64,000 nt of DNA from an uncultured Acidobacteriota bacterium (GCA_963739435.1 CAVUAN010000019.1:111213-175212), one strand, 5' to 3'. Counted from the first letter of the stretch, positions 11,562 to 21,372 are shown. The notes: a model not told the origin generated them from the letters alone. Translations and numbers: made by a program.

Positions 11562-12698
11562 ATGCCGATGCCCATGACACGCCGCACGCTCGCTGGAGCC
11601 CTGGGAGCCGCCGCCGGAGCGGCCCTTTTCGACACGCGCTTCGGACGCACCGCCGCTCTGGCCAGGGTCCGGATGCCGGGCGCCGTCCAGCTGAACTCGA
11701 ACGAGAATCCCTACGGCCCCTCGGCGAAAGCTCTCGCAGCCGCTGAACAAGCCGGCAATGTCTACAACCGCTACCCCGATTCGCTCGATGATGAGATGCG
11801 CCGCGCGATTGCAAAGCACCACGGAGTCGCTCCCGAGCGCATCGTGCTCGGCTGCGGCTCCGGCGAAGTCCTCCACATGGCCGACACCGCGTTCACCGGC
11901 CCGGGCAAGGTCGCGGTGGCGGCCGAGCCGACCTTCGAGGCCGTGCTCGTCTATGCGCGCATGCTCCACGCCAACGCCGTCAAGGTCCCCCTCACTCCTG
12001 ACTTCCGCCATGACCTGCCCAGGATGGCCGCCGCCTGCGACGAGAAGACCGGCCTCGTCTACGTTTGCAACCCCAACAACCCGACCGGCACGATCGTGTC
12101 GGGCGACGAGGTCGCGGCGTTCGTCCCGAAGGTGCCCTCGACGGCGACGATCCTCGTCGACGAGGCGTACCACCACTTCGTCGAGGACCCGCGCTACCGG
12201 ACGTCGATCGACCTGATCGAGAAGTATCCAAACGTCGTCGTGGCGCGGACCTTCTCCAAAATCTACGGCATGGCGGGCCTGCGGCTGGGTTACGCGGTTG
12301 GCTCGGAAGCGAAGATCGCCGAGATGGGCAAGCATGCCACCTGGAGCAACGCCAACGCAGCCGTCCTCCCGGCGGCCCTGGCGAGCCTTTCCGATCCCGA
12401 GCTCGTTCCGCGCCAGAAGAAGGCCTTGAACGACACGCGCCGCTGGCTCGTCGCGGAGATGACAAAACAGGGACGCAAGACGATCCCGTCGGAGACGAAC
12501 TTCGTGATGATCGACGTCGGCGGGGACGTCACGCCGATCATTCAGGCCTTCGAGAAGAAGAACATCCTGGTCGGCCGCAAGTTCCCGTCGCTGCCCAACT
12601 GGCTGCGCGTCTCGATCGGCAAGCCCGAGGAGATGCAGGCCTTCGCCGCCGCCTTGAACGAGATCGTGCCAGCGAAAAAGGCGACCGCCGCGGCCTGA
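11562..12698 (+). CDS. Class I/II PLP-dependent aminotransferase of the histidinol-phosphate aminotransferase family, with a predicted TAT signal.
   Basis: 378 aa. N-terminus MTRRTLAGALGAAAGAALF has a twin-arginine motif. Family motifs: NSNENPYGP, NPNNPTG, and FSKIYGMAGLRLGY (the PLP-Lys motif SK). Confidence 0.7.
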   Translation: MPMPMTRRTLAGALGAAAGAALFDTRFGRTAALARVRMPGAVQLNSNENPYGPSAKALAAAEQAGNVYNRYPDSLDDEMRRAIAKHHGVAPERIVLGCGSGEVLHMADTAFTGPGKVAVAAEPTFEAVLVYARMLHANAVKVPLTPDFRHDLPRMAAACDEKTGLVYVCNPNNPTGTIVSGDEVAAFVPKVPSTATILVDEAYHHFVEDPRYRTSIDLIEKYPNVVVARTFSKIYGMAGLRLGYAVGSEAKIAEMGKHATWSNANAAVLPAALASLSDPELVPRQKKALNDTRRWLVAEMTKQGRKTIPSETNFVMIDVGGDVTPIIQAFEKKNILVGRKFPSLPNWLRVSIGKPEEMQAFAAALNEIVPAKKATAAA

Positions 12699-12723
12699 GT
12701 CCTCGGCGCTCGATCGCCGAGCG

Positions 12724-15387
12724 TCAGCGGTTTTTCCCGAGCAGGGCGGTCCAGTTCGTAACGACGACCGCGCCGTCCGCGCCCGAATCCGGCGTTCGGC
12801 GAATCACGAGGAACCGCTGGCCGTCCGGCGACACGTCATAGGGGTGGCGGGAGAACTGGATTTCTCCGCTCACTCCGAGCTGGAGGGGGAAAAGGGGCTG
12901 CGGTTCTCCGGTCTCCAGGCGGCCGGCAGCGAGGCGAATGCCGACGGACATCAGCATTCCGTCTCTGGCAGCGTAGAAGAGCTCCGAGGCGTCCCGATTC
13001 CAGACCGGCATCTGGCCGCCGCCGATCGAGACTTGCCTCTTCGGGCCGCCTGTCAACTGCTGCACGTACACTTCTCTCTGGCCCGACTCACTCGAATCGA
13101 AAGCCGTCCAGCGGCCGTCCGGAGAGATCTCGGGGTGCTCCTCGGAGAACCGGGAGTCACCGCTCAAAGACAGAGGAGCGCCCCCGCCGGACACGGGGCT
13201 CAGAATGCGAGTGAAGTTGACGCTTTCGGACAGGCTATAGAGCAGGCTCCGGCCGTCCGGAGACACCGTTGGCAGGACCTTGTCCTGCTTGCTTCGAATC
13301 AGGACCTTCTCGGCGCCTCCGCTCGCCGGCCGCTCGTAGAGGTCGTAGAAGCCGACATGATCGGACACATAGGCCAAACGCTCGCCGTCCGGAAACCAGG
13401 CGGGGCCAAACTCGTCGGTTCGCTCGGATGTGATCCGGGAGCCCGTCCCGCGGGTTGCATCCAGGACCCAGACATCCAGGTTCTGACCGTGCGAAGGATC
13501 GCGCATCGCCGCCGCGACCTTCCGGCCGTCCGGCGAGATGCGGACGTCCTCGTATCCCCCGATTTCGCCGAGTGCCCCAAGCTCGCGCCCCTTCCGATCG
13601 ACCCAGACGAGTCTCCGCCGCCCGAACCAGGGCAGGTATACCAGGCGATTTCCGGCCGCCGAGACGCACAGGAGGTTGTCCTCGGTCCCGTAGCGGACCT
13701 GCTCGAGCGCGGGAGCTGGATCCCCGACGAGCTTCAGGCTCGAGGTGTCGAATTTCCACGCGAAGAGGGCGTTGTCTCGCGCAAACAGAACGTAGCCGGG
13801 CTCGGCGAAGATGACGGCGGAGGCCGAAGGGAAGAGCCGGCGGGTATCCTTCGAATCGAGCGAGGCGAGCATGACAGAGGTCTTCTCCGGGTCGATGTTG
13901 CGCGCCACGAAGAGGAAGTGCCGCCCGTCCGGCAGGAACGCAGGATAGAAGTGGGCGACGTCCCCCCTGGCCGTGTCGAGCGTCGTGACGGGCTGAGGCG
14001 TGCCTCCCGTTGCGGGAACGGCAACGATGGGTGTGCCGAACTCCTTCGTGAAGAGGATCGTGCCCTGGCGACTCCACGCGCCGGCGAATCCGCTCTCGCT
14101 CTCGCAGATCGTCTGAGCGGGTCCGCCGTCCGCGCTCATGCGCTTGAGATGCCCTTCCGAGAAGAAGGCGATGTCGCGGCCGTCGGCCGACCAGAAACAG
14201 CCGCGCGCTCCCTCGGTACCCGGCAGCAGCCGCATCTCGAGACTGTCGAGCGAACGCAGCCCGAACGAGGGCCTTCCGCCCTCGTCCTGGAGCAGGAACA
14301 AAATCCGCCGCGAGTCCGGGGAGAGCTGGATCGTCGCGAGGAAATGCTGGGTGGCGGGGGGCGCAATCGTGAAACGGGTCAGCTCCTCGGGCGCCTGAGG
14401 CCGGCGGGAAAGGAGCGCCGAAAGCGCGCCGAGCACGGTGGCGACCGCGGCGACGCCCCAGGCAAGCCGCTCGCGGCTCTTGCGGCGGGCAACGGCCGGA
14501 ACCGCCGCGCCCGACTGCGACTGCGACCCTTCGGCGATCCAGCGCAACTCCCTCTTGATGTCCGCCGCGCTTTGCCAGCGGTCTTCCGGGTCTTTCGCAA
14601 GACACGTCTTGACGACCCGATCCAGTGCAGGCGGCGACATCGGCTGCACGCCCGAGATCGGCGGCGGATCGCTCTGCATGATTGCCGAAATGAGCGAGGC
14701 CTGGCTCGCTCCAGAGAACGCCTTCTTTCCCGTCGCCATCTCGTAGAGCACCGCGCCGAAGGCAAAGATGTCCGTGCGCGCATCCGTTTCTTTGCCCTCG
14801 AGCTGCTCGGGCGCCATGTACTGGAAGGTCCCGAGAATCGTCCCTTCCTGCGTCAGACCCTGCTGCGTCGGCAGAGAGGTCAGGCTGCCCGGCGGCGATG
14901 CCGGCCCCATCACTTTCGCCAGGCCGAAGTCGAGCAGCTTCACCCCAGACTTCGTCAGCATCACGTTGCCTGGCTTGAGATCTCTGTGGACGATGCCCTG
15001 CCGGTGCGCTTTGTCCAGCGCATCGGCGATCTCCTGACCGAACCGCAACGTCTGCTCGAGAGGCAGCCCTCCTTTCGTGAGGCGCGCCGCAAGCGTCTCG
15101 CCTTCGAGAAGCTCCATGACCAGGTACTCGGTCCCCTCGTGCGAGCCCACGTCGTAGAGCGCGCAGATGTGCGGATGCGAGAGCTGCGAAATTGTTTTCG
15201 CCTCCCGCTCGAAGCGCTGACGGGCTTCGGGCGACGCCGACGTGTGCGATGAAAGAACCTTGACCGCCACCGTCCGCTCGAGCCGAGTGTCCCGCGCCTT
15301 CCAGACCTCTCCCATCCCTCCGGCTCCCAAAGGAGACAGGACCTCGTAGGGACCTAGCCGACTGCCCGCAACGACCGCCATCGTCAC
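12724..15387 (-). CDS. Ser/Thr kinase-PD40 beta-propeller paralog K5 (intact).
   Basis: 887-aa intact ORF. N-terminus: [33 protein letters not shown]. Motifs [11 protein letters not shown] and DFGLAK are followed by a TM segment and multiple SPDG PD40 blades. GTG at 15387 or ATG at 15381 are both possible starts. Confidence 0.85.
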   Translation of the reverse strand: MTMAVVAGSRLGPYEVLSPLGAGGMGEVWKARDTRLERTVAVKVLSSHTSASPEARQRFEREAKTISQLSHPHICALYDVGSHEGTEYLVMELLEGETLAARLTKGGLPLEQTLRFGQEIADALDKAHRQGIVHRDLKPGNVMLTKSGVKLLDFGLAKVMGPASPPGSLTSLPTQQGLTQEGTILGTFQYMAPEQLEGKETDARTDIFAFGAVLYEMATGKKAFSGASQASLISAIMQSDPPPISGVQPMSPPALDRVVKTCLAKDPEDRWQSAADIKRELRWIAEGSQSQSGAAVPAVARRKSRERLAWGVAAVATVLGALSALLSRRPQAPEELTRFTIAPPATQHFLATIQLSPDSRRILFLLQDEGGRPSFGLRSLDSLEMRLLPGTEGARGCFWSADGRDIAFFSEGHLKRMSADGGPAQTICESESGFAGAWSRQGTILFTKEFGTPIVAVPATGGTPQPVTTLDTARGDVAHFYPAFLPDGRHFLFVARNIDPEKTSVMLASLDSKDTRRLFPSASAVIFAEPGYVLFARDNALFAWKFDTSSLKLVGDPAPALEQVRYGTEDNLLCVSAAGNRLVYLPWFGRRRLVWVDRKGRELGALGEIGGYEDVRISPDGRKVAAAMRDPSHGQNLDVWVLDATRGTGSRITSERTDEFGPAWFPDGERLAYVSDHVGFYDLYERPASGGAEKVLIRSKQDKVLPTVSPDGRSLLYSLSESVNFTRILSPVSGGGAPLSLSGDSRFSEEHPEISPDGRWTAFDSSESGQREVYVQQLTGGPKRQVSIGGGQMPVWNRDASELFYAARDGMLMSVGIRLAAGRLETGEPQPLFPLQLGVSGEIQFSRHPYDVSPDGQRFLVIRRTPDSGADGAVVVTNWTALLGKNR

Positions 15388-15395
15388 TTCACGCG

Positions 15396-15432
15396 ATCAC
15401 CCGATCACAGATCACCCGATCACCTGATGTCC
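15396..15432. repeat. Four tandem GATCACC/GATCACA heptamers in the 47-bp K6-K5 intergenic spacer.
   Basis: cGATCACCcGATCACAGATCACCcGATCACCtgatg. On the minus (sense) strand this reads (GGTGATC)n immediately 5' of the K5 start. Confidence 0.5.
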
Positions 15433-15434
15433 CG

Positions 15435-18029
15435 TCATCTCAGCCCCTCCGCGACGTTGAGCTCGGAGAGCACGCGCCGGATCCGATAGGCGTAGTTTTG
15501 CCCGTCCCGGGTCACGAGCAGGTTGCCGTAGAGGATGCCGAGGGTGTCCGTCGCGAGCTCGCGGAAGACGGTTCGGCGCCCGCTGTCGAGTTCGAGCCGA
15601 ACGATGCGCGCCGGCCACGTGCGATCCCAGACGAATAGAGCCTTGCCTCCGGCCTCCCATTCGATCGGGATCTCGCCCGGGAGCGCCCCGCGCACTTCGC
15701 TCGGCGCACCGCCGGACACAGAGCACATCAGCATCTTTCCCTCGGGATCCACCGTCGCGACGGATTCTGCGTCGGGCGACAGGACCGCGAGGCTGCATCC
15801 CTCCGGCGTGGCCGCACGGGGCGGCCCGGGGCCGGTGAGATCGAGCAGCCAGCTCCGAGCCGGCCGGCCAGGCTCCGATCCGGGGAACAGCAGCTTCGAT
15901 CCGTCCGCGGACCAGCGGGCGAATTCCTGACTGACGGGGCGCGGCTCGACTTTTCCGATCGGAAGCGGGCGCGGATCGCCCGGTCCCGTCGGGAAGAGCG
16001 TCAGGGCATGCCCATGCGCGGAAGAGACTGCGCTCAAGACCCACCGGCCGTCGGGAGACACTCCCACGCCCGTTCCATTTCCGAGGCGCACGGGAGCCGC
16101 TTCGCTGGCTCTCCGGAAGTAGAAGAAGGGCTCGAGCCCGGCGCCCGGGGCGCTTTGCTCGATACCCGCGAAGGCCGAGCCGTCCCCCGAGAGGCCGGAC
16201 AGGGATTCGTCGCTCCAGGTCGAGAGATTCCTCTCCTTCGCGTCGCCTTTCAGGAGTCCGCCGATCTCGCCGCGATAGTCCTCCCCGGAAAGCAAGACGG
16301 CCCCGCTCGGGGAAATGTCGTGGAGCCGCAGCGTTGCCGGAGGCCCGTACACGAGGCGGGCCTTCCGGCCGGGCCGAACTGCAAAAAGCTGGTAGCGGGC
16401 CCCGTTGGCGGATGCCTCCGCCCCCTCGACGCCTGCCGTGAACCAGACTTCCTTCCCGTCGGACGACCAGGCCAGGCCCTGCGCTCCCTGCCACTCCCCG
16501 GTCACGCGTTCTGGCTGTCCGCCGCGCGCGGCGACGCTCACGAAGCCGTCGTCGTTGCCGTACACGCCGTGCTCGAGAAACGCGACACGCTCCCCGTCGG
16601 GAGAGATTCGCGGATGGCTCACCCATCCGCTGGTCTCGAGGATCACCTTGCCAGCCGGAAACTCGAGGCGCTGGCGCTTGCCGATCTCTCGCACGACGGC
16701 GAGCTCCTTGCCGTCGGGAGAGATGTCGGCCTCGGTGACGTGCTCGAGAATCTCCCGGGGAGTGCCGCCGCCCAGCGCCACTCGGGCCAGGGTGCCTGAA
16801 CGGATCCAGTAGCCGCGGTGCTGACACTTGAGCAGCAGAAGCATCTCTCCGGTGCGCGAGACGCCGAGGACGGTCGCCCCGGCGGGCAGGTCGAGCGCCC
16901 GCGACTCGACCGAGTCGAGACGCGTCGAGTAGATGCGCAGAGGCTCGTCGCGGCGCGTCGAGCCATAGATCACGGTCTGGCCGTCCGGAGAGAACCGGGC
17001 GGACTCGATGTAGCCGCGCTGATAGGTGATCCGCCGAAACTGCGGGTGAGACGGCGCGCGAAGCCGCAAGCCGAGCAGAAGGCCGGCACCGAGCGCCGCC
17101 ACGACGCCGGCGGCCAGGGCCCAGGGCAACACTCGCCCGCGCCGTATCGCAGGCTCATCCGCCGCGCGCGGAGAGCTCGAAGCGCCCATCGACGTCTCGA
17201 TCGCGAAGGCGAGATCGTGCGCCGTGTCGAACCGGTCTTCGGGGCGCTTCTCGAGGCAGTGCCGCAGGATCCGCTCGACGGAAGGCGGGAACCGGCCGCT
17301 CGGCTCGGCGAGGTGGGGCGGGTCCTTCTGGGCGATCGCCGCCATCGTCTCGGCGGCGGAATCGCCCCGGAAGGCGCGCTCGCCCGACAGCATTTCGTAG
17401 AGGATCGCGCCCAGGGAGAAGATGTCGGACCGCTGGTCGACCGGCCGTCCGCGTACCTGCTCGGGCGACATGTAGCCGACGGTTCCCATCACCGTGCCGG
17501 GCTCTGTCGCCGCGGCGGCAGTCGGCGACCGCGTGTTCTCGGGCTCTGCGCCGGCCACCTTTGCCAGGCCGAAGTCGAGAATCTTGAGGCGGCCGTCGGA
17601 CGTCAAGAAGAGGTTCTCGGGCTTGAGGTCCCGGTGCACGATCGCTTTTTCGTGCGCCGCAGCCAGGCCCTGTGCGACCTGCAGGGCGTACTCGAGCGCC
17701 TTGCGCTGCGGCAGCGGTCCTTCCTCGAGCTGCTGCCGGAGAGTCTCTCCCGTCAGGAGCTCCATGACCGCATAGGTCGCGCCGCCGTCCTGGCCGAGAT
17801 CGTAGATACCGAGAATGTTCGGGTGCGAGAGCGCCGCGACGGCCTTCGCCTCTCTCTCGAACCGCGCGAGCGCCACGGTGTCTCCCGCGAGCTTCTCCGG
17901 GAGGACCTTGATCGCGACATCCCGGTTCAATCGCGAATCCCGCGCCCTGTAGACCTCCCCCATCCCGCCCGCGCCGAGCGGCGCGAGGATCTCGTAAGGA
18001 CCGAGGCGGCTTCCGGTTGTAAGAGACAA
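15435..18029 (-). CDS. Ser/Thr kinase-beta-propeller paralog K6 (intact, the most divergent copy).
   Basis: 864-aa intact ORF. N-terminus: [31 protein letters not shown]. Motifs HRDLKPENLFL, DFGLAK and GTVGYMSPEQ are followed by a TM helix and FSPDGQ/ISPDGK/ISPDGE/WSSDGK/VSPDGR/WSADGS blades. Confidence 0.85.
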   Translation of the reverse strand: MSLTTGSRLGPYEILAPLGAGGMGEVYRARDSRLNRDVAIKVLPEKLAGDTVALARFEREAKAVAALSHPNILGIYDLGQDGGATYAVMELLTGETLRQQLEEGPLPQRKALEYALQVAQGLAAAHEKAIVHRDLKPENLFLTSDGRLKILDFGLAKVAGAEPENTRSPTAAAATEPGTVMGTVGYMSPEQVRGRPVDQRSDIFSLGAILYEMLSGERAFRGDSAAETMAAIAQKDPPHLAEPSGRFPPSVERILRHCLEKRPEDRFDTAHDLAFAIETSMGASSSPRAADEPAIRRGRVLPWALAAGVVAALGAGLLLGLRLRAPSHPQFRRITYQRGYIESARFSPDGQTVIYGSTRRDEPLRIYSTRLDSVESRALDLPAGATVLGVSRTGEMLLLLKCQHRGYWIRSGTLARVALGGGTPREILEHVTEADISPDGKELAVVREIGKRQRLEFPAGKVILETSGWVSHPRISPDGERVAFLEHGVYGNDDGFVSVAARGGQPERVTGEWQGAQGLAWSSDGKEVWFTAGVEGAEASANGARYQLFAVRPGRKARLVYGPPATLRLHDISPSGAVLLSGEDYRGEIGGLLKGDAKERNLSTWSDESLSGLSGDGSAFAGIEQSAPGAGLEPFFYFRRASEAAPVRLGNGTGVGVSPDGRWVLSAVSSAHGHALTLFPTGPGDPRPLPIGKVEPRPVSQEFARWSADGSKLLFPGSEPGRPARSWLLDLTGPGPPRAATPEGCSLAVLSPDAESVATVDPEGKMLMCSVSGGAPSEVRGALPGEIPIEWEAGGKALFVWDRTWPARIVRLELDSGRRTVFRELATDTLGILYGNLLVTRDGQNYAYRIRRVLSELNVAEGLR

Positions 18030-18051
18030 GCGGCCTCAGAGATTACATCGG

Positions 18052-18564
18052 TCAGCCGCCGCGGATCCTCTTCGTGAGGGCCGGGACGCGGCCGAGGAGG
18101 CGCGCATACAGGGCGAGCTGACCGCGGTGGTATTCCTCGTGCCCGATGCCGTGGTGCATCCAGGCCAGGCGCGTGCCCATCTTCCCGTCGAAGCGGCGGA
18201 TCGACTGGAGCATGTGCAGCTCCCCGACGGTCCGGAACCGCTTCACGCCGTCTGTATGGCTCTGGCGCAGGAGGGCCAGGAGCTGCGCCCGCGTTCGCCT
18301 GCCCCCCACGCCTTTGGCGTACTCGTGGAGGAATCCCTCGTAGGACTTGCGCTGGAAATCGCCGTCACCGCGCGTCAACTCGCCGGCCATCATCATCCCG
18401 GACTCGGCGATGTGCTGAGCCAGCTCCATGACGCTCCGGCTCTCCGGCGACGGCCGAAAAGCGTATTTCGCTTCCGGTATGTTCTGCAGCTCCTCCATCG
18501 AGCCCTGGCGCGCGAACCCCCACGTTTCGATCGCCTCTTCGAGCAGGGTCGTGTTCCCGGTCAT
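18052..18564 (-). CDS. DinB/YfiT-like (DinB_2) metal-dependent hydrolase-fold protein.
   Basis: Start chosen at MTGNTTLLEEAIETW (ATG 18564-18562), preceded by GGAGGGAAAGAGC. The protein ends ...WMHHGIGHEEYHRGQLALYARLLG. The upstream part of the listed 248-aa ORF is Arg/Pro-rich junk. Confidence 0.65.
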   Translation of the reverse strand: MTGNTTLLEEAIETWGFARQGSMEELQNIPEAKYAFRPSPESRSVMELAQHIAESGMMMAGELTRGDGDFQRKSYEGFLHEYAKGVGGRRTRAQLLALLRQSHTDGVKRFRTVGELHMLQSIRRFDGKMGTRLAWMHHGIGHEEYHRGQLALYARLLGRVPALTKRIRGG

Positions 18565-18620
18565 GCTCTTTCCCTCCGCGGCAGCCAAAATGTGAAGGGA
18601 AAGAGTACAACGGATGCCGC

Positions 18621-19304
18621 ATGAAGCTCTTCGAGAACGCCGAGGTTCTAGCCCTCGACAAGCCGCCGGGCCTCTCGATGGCGACGTCGGCCGGGCCCGG
18701 CCGGTCGGAGGCCGAGATCGTGGCGCGCCTCCTCGCCGCTTGCGCCGAAAAGCCGGACGCGGACCTGCGCCTCGTTCACCGGCTGGATGTTGGAACATCG
18801 GGGGTGGTCCTGCTCGCCCGGACCGAGGCGGCGCACCGCGCCCTCCAGGCCGCCCTCCAGGGCGGCCGAGCGCACAAGACCTACCGCGCGCTCGTCTGGG
18901 GAAGGCCCCTCCCCTCCGAAGGTATCTATGAAGATCCGCTCGGGCGAGACCCGAGGGACGGCCGGCGGATGGCCGTCCGCCCCGTCGGCAAGCGCGCCGC
19001 GACGAGATACCGCACGCTTACGGCCTTGGCGGACTTCACCGACCTCGCCCTGGTGCCCGAGACGGGCCGCACCCACCAGATTCGCGTGCACCTGACGGCC
19101 CATGGCCACCCGATTGCGGGCGACGATCTCTACGGCAACGTCACGCGCTGGGAAAAACTGAAAGACCAGGCCGCGCGGCGCGCCCTCGCCCTGCTCACCC
19201 ACCCGCTCCTCCATGCCGAGCGCATCGAGATCTCCGAGATGAGCCTCGACGTTTCCGCTCCGCTGCCAGACGACTACGTCCGCACCCTCGAAGTCCTCCG
19301 GTAG
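18621..19304 (+). CDS. RluA-family pseudouridine synthase.
   Basis: 227 aa. Motifs: LVHRLDVGTSGVVLLA (catalytic Asp motif) and GRTHQIRVHL. Confidence 0.8.
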   Translation: MKLFENAEVLALDKPPGLSMATSAGPGRSEAEIVARLLAACAEKPDADLRLVHRLDVGTSGVVLLARTEAAHRALQAALQGGRAHKTYRALVWGRPLPSEGIYEDPLGRDPRDGRRMAVRPVGKRAATRYRTLTALADFTDLALVPETGRTHQIRVHLTAHGHPIAGDDLYGNVTRWEKLKDQAARRALALLTHPLLHAERIEISEMSLDVSAPLPDDYVRTLEVLR

Positions 19305-19316
19305 ATCGGAGAGATA

Positions 19317-19982
19317 ATGACGCCAATGAGACAGTTGGCGTTCTGCCTCACCTTGCTGGTGGCTGCCGTTGCGGCGGCGCAGATGCCGACGCCGGCTCCG
19401 GCGGCCGGGCCCGAGCAGGTCGAGTCGGGCCCGTTGCTCAATTACCAGGAGCAGTACAACGTCGTCATGCAGCGGCCCGACGGCACGTCGAAGGTCTATC
19501 CCGTCCCGTCGAACCTCGACTGGCCCCCGGACATCGGCATCTCCGGCTGGATCAACGTCTACTTCGTGCCGCTCGTCGGAGGCGGCTTTCGCGTCACGCG
19601 CCTGACGACCGTTCCTCTCACACCGACTCCTCCGCCTCCTCCGACCGCAGAGGCGGCTCTGGCTTCGACTCCAGCACCCCCGACTCCTCTCCCGCAGCCG
19701 ACCAGCGGCCCGGCGCACAAGACCGTCAAGGGTCCTCCCGTTCAGATGTCGATCGAGAAATCCGTCCGGGTCAAGGCGATCGACAAGGGCCGCAGCATCA
19801 CCGTCGTCGGCAAAAACGGCGTCGAACACGCCTACGCCCTCGATGCCTCCTCCGAGCTGCCGAAAAACCTGTCCGCCGGCAAGCTCGTGATCATCGAGAT
19901 CAAGAAGGTGGACGGCCGCGACGTCGTCAGCCGGGTCGTCTATCCCGAGGTCGTCATCTCGAACGTCCCCAAGACCCCGTAG
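19317..19982 (+). CDS. Hypothetical secreted protein with a Pro/Thr-rich linker.
   Basis: 221 aa. Signal peptide MTPMRQLAFCLTLLVAAVAAAQ. Internal PTPPPPPTAEAALASTPAPPTPLPQP linker. No recognisable catalytic motif. Confidence 0.45.
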   Translation: MTPMRQLAFCLTLLVAAVAAAQMPTPAPAAGPEQVESGPLLNYQEQYNVVMQRPDGTSKVYPVPSNLDWPPDIGISGWINVYFVPLVGGGFRVTRLTTVPLTPTPPPPPTAEAALASTPAPPTPLPQPTSGPAHKTVKGPPVQMSIEKSVRVKAIDKGRSITVVGKNGVEHAYALDASSELPKNLSAGKLVIIEIKKVDGRDVVSRVVYPEVVISNVPKTP

Positions 19983-19986
19983 CCGC

Positions 19987-21372
19987 TCAGGCTGCGGTCT
20001 CGAAGCGGGCGGCCGTCCAGGCCGTCATACCGCCGACGACGTTGACGGTGTGCGTGAAGCCCTTCTGCTCGAGCAGGCTGGTGGCAATCGAGGAACGGTA
20101 GCCGCTGGCGCAGATGATGTGGGTCGGGCGAGAGGGATCGAGCTCGGCGGCGCGGGCGGAAAGCTCGTTCAGGGGAATGTGCAGGGCCGAAGCGATGTGG
20201 CCGGCTTTCCACTCCCCCGGCCGGCGGACATCGAGGACCTGCCCCGCGCCGCCCTCGGCGATGCGGGCGGCGAGCTCGTCCACGCCGACCTGCTCGGTCT
20301 TCGCAAGCGGCAGGCCGGCCGCGTCCCAGGCGGCGATGCCGCCGCCCAGGAAGCCCACGATCGTCTCGATGCCCACCCGGGCCAGTCGCGTCTGCGACTC
20401 CGCGACGCGCTCCTCGTCTTCCGTCACGAGAACGATGGGCGCGCCCGCGGGCAGCAGCGTCCCGCCCCAGGACGCGAACTGGCCCGAAAGGCCCATGTGC
20501 ATCGCTCCGGGCACGTGTCCGGCAGCAAACTCCGATGCGGGGCGGGTGTCGAGAACGACGGCGCCGGCGCGCCGCCGCGCCTCGACCTCGGCAGGCGAGA
20601 GCGGCACCGGCTTCGGCAGCTTGCCGAGCGCCTCGGCGCCGCCGCGGTTGGCCTCGACATCGCGGCCGAAGTAGGCCGGCGCCTCGGGCAGGTCCGTCGT
20701 CATCATGCGGACGAACTCGTCCTTTTCCATCGGCTGCAGCGCGTAGTTGAACCGCCTCTGCTGGCCCGATCGTCGAGGACGTTTCGCTCGAGATGTTGCG
20801 GCCGCAGAGCGATCCGGCGCCGTGGCCCGGCCACACGGCGACCGAATCCGGCAGGGCGAGGAGCTTGCCGTGGAGCGAGTCGAAGAGCATTCCGGCGAGC
20901 TCCGCAGCCGACATCTTCGCGCCGAGCAGGTCCGGCCGGCCCACGTCGCCGATGAAGAGCGTGTCGCCGGTCAGCACCGCCTGCGGCTCCTCTCGAGACC
21001 GCGCGGTCGAAAACGAGAATCGAGACGGACTCGGGCGTGTGCCCGGGCGTCTCGAGGAAACGAAGGCTGACCGTGCCCATCCGGACCTCGTCGCCTTCGG
21101 CGAACCTCCACGTGGGGAAATGCCGCGCCGGCTCTTGCCCCGAAGTAGATCCGCGCGCCGGTCCTCTCCGCCAGCTCCCGGTGACCCGATACGAAATCCG
21201 CGTGGAGGTGCGTCTCGATGATGTGCCGGATCGTCAGGCCCTGGGCTTTGGCTTCCTCGAGGTAGGTCTCGACGTCCCGCCGCGGGTCGACGACAGCCGC
21301 CTCGCCGTCTGACCCGATCATGTAGGAGGCCTGCGCCAGGCAACCCAGGTAGAACTGCTTGAAATACATCAT
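19987..21372 (-). pseudogene. MBL-fold persulfide-dioxygenase-like hydrolase fused to tandem rhodanese domains. At least two frameshifts.
   Basis: N-terminus MMYFKQFYLGCLAQASYMIGS...HLHADFVSGHRELA (MBL H-x-H-x-D-H) is in ORF 20971-21372. The middle part (TGDTLFIGDVGRPDL...VWPGHGAGS) is only in ORF 19940-21343, and MGTVSLRFLETPGHTPESVSI is in ORF 20703-21080. The C-terminal rhodanese pair, with active Cys in IICASGYRSS, is in ORF 19987-20730. Confidence 0.65.

Noticed and set aside
18052-18798. The N-terminal 78 codons of the listed 248-aa minus-strand ORF (MFQHPAGERGAGPRPAFRRKRRGG...).
   Set aside because: Arg/Pro-rich and upstream of a good RBS + ATG at 18564 that begins the recognisable DinB_2 domain. 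The extension is probably non-coding.
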